Assembly (NCBI RefSeq): GCF_000181795.1
Contig: NW_003526948.1
Span: 2,158,123 to 2,222,122, forward strand
Source of the DNA: Trichinella spiralis
Taxonomy: Eukaryota
Length of the DNA: 64,000 nt
Direction: 5' to 3'
Position numbers and translations under genes: made by a program. Shown piece by piece: positions 60,065 through 64,000 of this stretch; position 1 is the first letter of the stretch; each line of letters starts with the position of its first letter. The notes under the pieces are model-generated. The model did not search any database and had not been told where the DNA came from. It saw only the letters and a list, made by a program, of their open reading frames with translations.

Positions 60065-60720
60065 TTATAAGGGAAAACTCTCGATGGAGATTAATTTCAA
60101 ATGTTTGATGCCTAAACTGACGAAAGGTGCAACGCCAAATGAACTAATTAAAGGTGTGACGGCAGATCTGATGTCAATCATTGGCCAAGTGTCAGAGCCA
60201 GCGAGACAATAACACAAACGCATAGCAACGCTTACCGTTCCTCTTGGGGGAGTAACGATCACCACTAGATTGGCACCGAAACAGAGTCTCGGCACTACGT
60301 CAATTGCGAATTTGCATAACTGCCTCTAGGACAGATACGTCTTACGAATTCACATAGGTGTTGAAATCCCATTGCACAAGATTTCAAACAACGTCCATTA
60401 CCACACAAATGGACAGGGTCATCTCTTTAAAACCGGTCTCTGGACAGCACGGGACTAGGAGGCTCCGCCGAGGGAAGTCCCCGTTAACGGGCAGGAGGGC
60501 GGGGGGCGGCGCGGGGGCGGTCGGGCTGAAAAAAACCTTGCTTGAGATCCCATTGCTGGGATCCGAGCAAGGCGGCAGGCCTCTGGTACCGCAACCGGGA
60601 GAGGAAGAGGTGAGCTTTGAAAATATGGACTTTGATCATTTGATACGGTTAGGGTCGCGTCGTGCAGTGTAACCCGTCGAACTCCTGCACACCACCCTAT
60701 CTCACATTCCTCCTATCCTT
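60065..60720. other. GC-enriched island with a G-quadruplex motif and hairpins; possibly part of a dispersed repeat or mobile element
   Basis: Sharp GC rise against AT-rich flanks; G-tracts at 60489-60525; inverted repeat at 60536-60572. No recognisable protein. Confidence 0.45.
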
Positions 60721-63700
60721 GCACTGCTATTCTCAAACAATTACTTATTCTAATACTCAAACTATAGCAGTGCTACAAACTCACTATGCTCAAAAATTGT
60801 CTTTTGAAATGATCGACAAATTATTCAACCATTTCACTTTCCGCAAATGAACCCTAAACTCAACTCGACAAGGCATGGGACGTGAAAACGTTCAAATGCG
60901 GAAAGCCACTCAAATTAATTATAATAATACTCATGATCTACATCCAGTTACTCTAATTAACAAACATCTGAATTAAATGCTCGATAACTTACAGCTCGAA
61001 TTTATATAAATTACAGACTCAAGAACTCCTCAGTGAAATTTAACTAATTAGCCTAACTCAAGGAATTATACTTACCAAACTTACCCTTGTCTTCTGGATG
61101 TCTTCTTTTATCTTCTATTCTTCTGTATCTAAATGTAGAAGAATTAATTTAATAAAATAATGTTATAATAAATAAAAAAACAAAGCCGTTTTTATTGTTC
61201 TTCTTCGTCCGTCATCGCATTGGAAACGCCATTGTTCATTCGCCGCACATCGTTCGCCTACAATCATTTGAAATGAGTTTCTGGAGCAACTAATAGTAGC
61301 CTCAGGAAAATTTACATAAAGTTCATTTCTATTGATTAGCAAGTATGAAACGTATTCCTCATTTCGTTGAACAAATATTATGCAAGTCACGCATAAGCTC
61401 AAAAGCAAACAAATTGAAATTGCACTCAAATTTGCATTCAAACTAGACAACGCCCATGTTTGATAAGATAACATTCTTCTATATCTAATAATACACCTTA
61501 CTCAGTAGTTAAAGCAGAAATAGATCGAGCAAACATCACTGTCGATGCTTCTGTTAGTCAACAAAGTCAATTTAACTGTTGCACTGCTAATATGAAGTTA
61601 ATTTTCAAACGGCCCAATTTGCATAAAAGACAGACACTGCGCACGTAGCGTTAAACACCGGCTTACGTAAGTTGGACATGCTACTCTAATATGAATTAGA
61701 ACATAATGTCAACAAAAAATAAACAATAATTGAGCACACTGGTTGCGCTCTATGCCAAGCATAATTAACTATATGAAAATTTTGATTTATCTAATGCTTC
61801 ATGGTGAAAAATTTTGAAAAAAAGTATAAAGTGATAATAAAATTGAATTTAAAATGATTTCTGTATGAAAACGGTATTTTTCTGTCCTGCATAATAGATA
61901 ACTCTATACGCTTAGTGATATTCGACCTGCTAATTTGAGAATGAAATTGAATGCCATATGCAAGTGTAAATTGAAAATTTTATCGTCTTTTCCAATTAAA
62001 TGTAGACGATTACCTAAAATAGCAAATTGAAATACGGATTTGTTCAAAACCTTCAATGTTCAACTATATGTAATTGAGAATTTTGCTCTAAAAGTACTTC
62101 AAGTTTTACGCATCTTCAAATTGAAAAGTGCTTAAATACTTAAATATACATGCATTCATAGCAAAACATCAGGAAAATAAGTTTCAGTATTAAATTTTCA
62201 CCTGAATGTGGCATCTTGCACTCGTACTTTGGTTACGCTGCGACACCGCTTATCGAACAACACCGTAATAAAGTAATAACTATGCATTCATTTCTTTGTC
62301 TATTACTTAGTAACCTTCTTATCATTAATTTGGCAATTTAAATAATGCATCTTACTGTATCTTCAATTATTAATTATCTTTCCGTGATTTTATTTTTGAA
62401 GTGTAATTTAACTTCATATTATAAAAGATGTTTTTACTCTTTCTCTTTCCATCTGCTTTATTTCCCTTTTATGCTTTGTATTATGTGCTCATGTAAGATA
62501 AAAATGTCTGCTAGAAATACGCCATTTATGTGAAATAAGACTTGTATTTATTTCACAGACAACATTGAAGCTGTGCTGCAGTCAAGCCGGCTATCATCAG
62601 TTAGATTAATACTTGCAGATTTTCATATACACTTAATTTATTGCTTTTTGACTCATGCCTGATTTTCAGATATACTGTAATGTCCTGTTGTGTGTTTTGT
62701 CTTGTGTGCTTGTTTGTGCACAACGATACTTCCGATAATTTTCTGCAATGCTTCATATTCCCGCTTCATCCTAACAACAATGTGAACCTACTTTGCGGAA
62801 CACTTTTTCCAGTATCAGTCACAAATGCACTTTCCTTCCGCTGCTTTACTGTTTTGTACCTCTTTTCTTAAACTCTGACTACTTTATAATTAGCAAAATC
62901 AAATGTCCCTCGTCCGATCGATTGTCAGTGTGATGCGGTTTTATTTGTCGTCATCATACACAAATTTCATTCTCCCATGTTGCATTATCTGTACTAAGAC
63001 GGGTTCCATTCTTGCCACTTGCCTGTACGGTTTCAATATAAAACCTTTCCCACTCTTCAATGGCTTACGTCAACACCACACACCGTTTTTAATCTTCCTG
63101 TCGATGCTGCCAACGTGCTAGATTAATTTGGCATCAACAAGCAATTAAACAGTCAAGAACATAAGAATATGTAAGTGAACAAATGCTTTAATGATTATTG
63201 TTATGATTCTCATTAGTGTGATTTGACAACTCTGAACGAGCAGTGAAACCAAACATAAAATGCACAGTGTGAAATAATGCGCTTCCAGATTGAAAAGCAT
63301 TATAATATGTACACACATTTTTGGGGTTGCTTTAGAAAAAGTGTCATATATTGCAAAAAAATAACGAAACCCTACAAATTAAATTACAATGTTCACTGAC
63401 ATAAATAAGTTAATGAATTTTATTTTTATACATGCTTTCTTGTTGTGGTTAGTTTCTCTGTTGCTGCCAAATACAGTTACTTAGCCCGTTTCGCCACTTT
63501 AAGCCAGTAGCCACGCACTTGTTTTTCTCTTATTACTGCTCACTGTTAATATTGATTGTTTCAACTTTATTATTATTATAAGAGAAACAAATCGTTGCAA
63601 CTTGTCTGTCAGCAAAATAATAATAATAATAATGAAAATATTGTGACATTGATCAATTTGTGCCTGACAAATTATTGAAATGACAAATAATAAAGTGAAA

Positions 63701-63970
63701 ATGAGAAATTAATAAAATGGGGGAAAATTTTGAATGAAAATGAAACAAGATTGTAGTTGTGGAAAGTGAGTGAAAGAGTATAGAAAGTTGAATGAGAGTG
63801 AGTTTTTATTTATGTTAAACTGGCGCAATCTACTTATTCAGCAGAGCCAAATAAATTTTAAATTTAACAGAGATATTTTTTTAAAAGTGAAAACTGAAAG
63901 AAAGCAAACACATGTACGTGAGTGCATACGTTTGGTGAAAAACAATTGCTGCTTTCAGTTATTCCTATTA

Positions 63971-64000
63971 TATTATTATTATTATTATTATTATTATTAT
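63971..64000. repeat. (ATT)n microsatellite at the window end
   Basis: tattattatt... continues to position 64000. Confidence 0.9.

Noticed and set aside
60465..60500. Intact RNase MRP or RNase P RNA gene
   Set aside because: Only a CR-I-like string is present; the P8 loop and the 3' P4 strand are not found at the expected distance. Kept only as a note within a finding.
60358..60672. 104-aa ORF in the GC island
   Set aside because: Non-ATG start as listed, low-complexity G/R content explained by the G-tracts, no recognisable domain.

Overview
AT-rich, intron-rich eukaryotic DNA from a gapped draft scaffold. The cuticle collagen and nematode-type uL15m point to a nematode; a clade I species such as Trichinella is my inference and was not checked. 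Positions 1.9-44.2 kb are gene-dense, with ten spliced or single-exon gene models built by hand: Dopey/pad-1, IST1, a 74-aa HSBP1-like coiled-coil protein, a two-SH3 CIN85/CD2AP-like adaptor, an intronless CK1/TTBK-like kinase, a calponin/transgelin, a cuticle collagen, an FLVCR-family MFS transporter, a divergent RAD6-type E2, and a 5'-truncated MRPL15. Positions 44.5-64 kb have no recognisable genes and are repeat-rich: minisatellites, a ~1.36-kb tandem array, a CCAAT/octamer-rich repeat, a structured GC island, and three near-identical duplications at N-gaps that look like assembly redundancy. The best leads are the co-oriented run of endosome/ESCRT/actin genes, the motif-packed IST1 linker, the HSBP1-like microprotein that resembles its neighbour's C-terminal coiled coil, and CTCF-like sites. 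I cannot demonstrate a new biological system from the sequence alone. Exon boundaries were read by eye.
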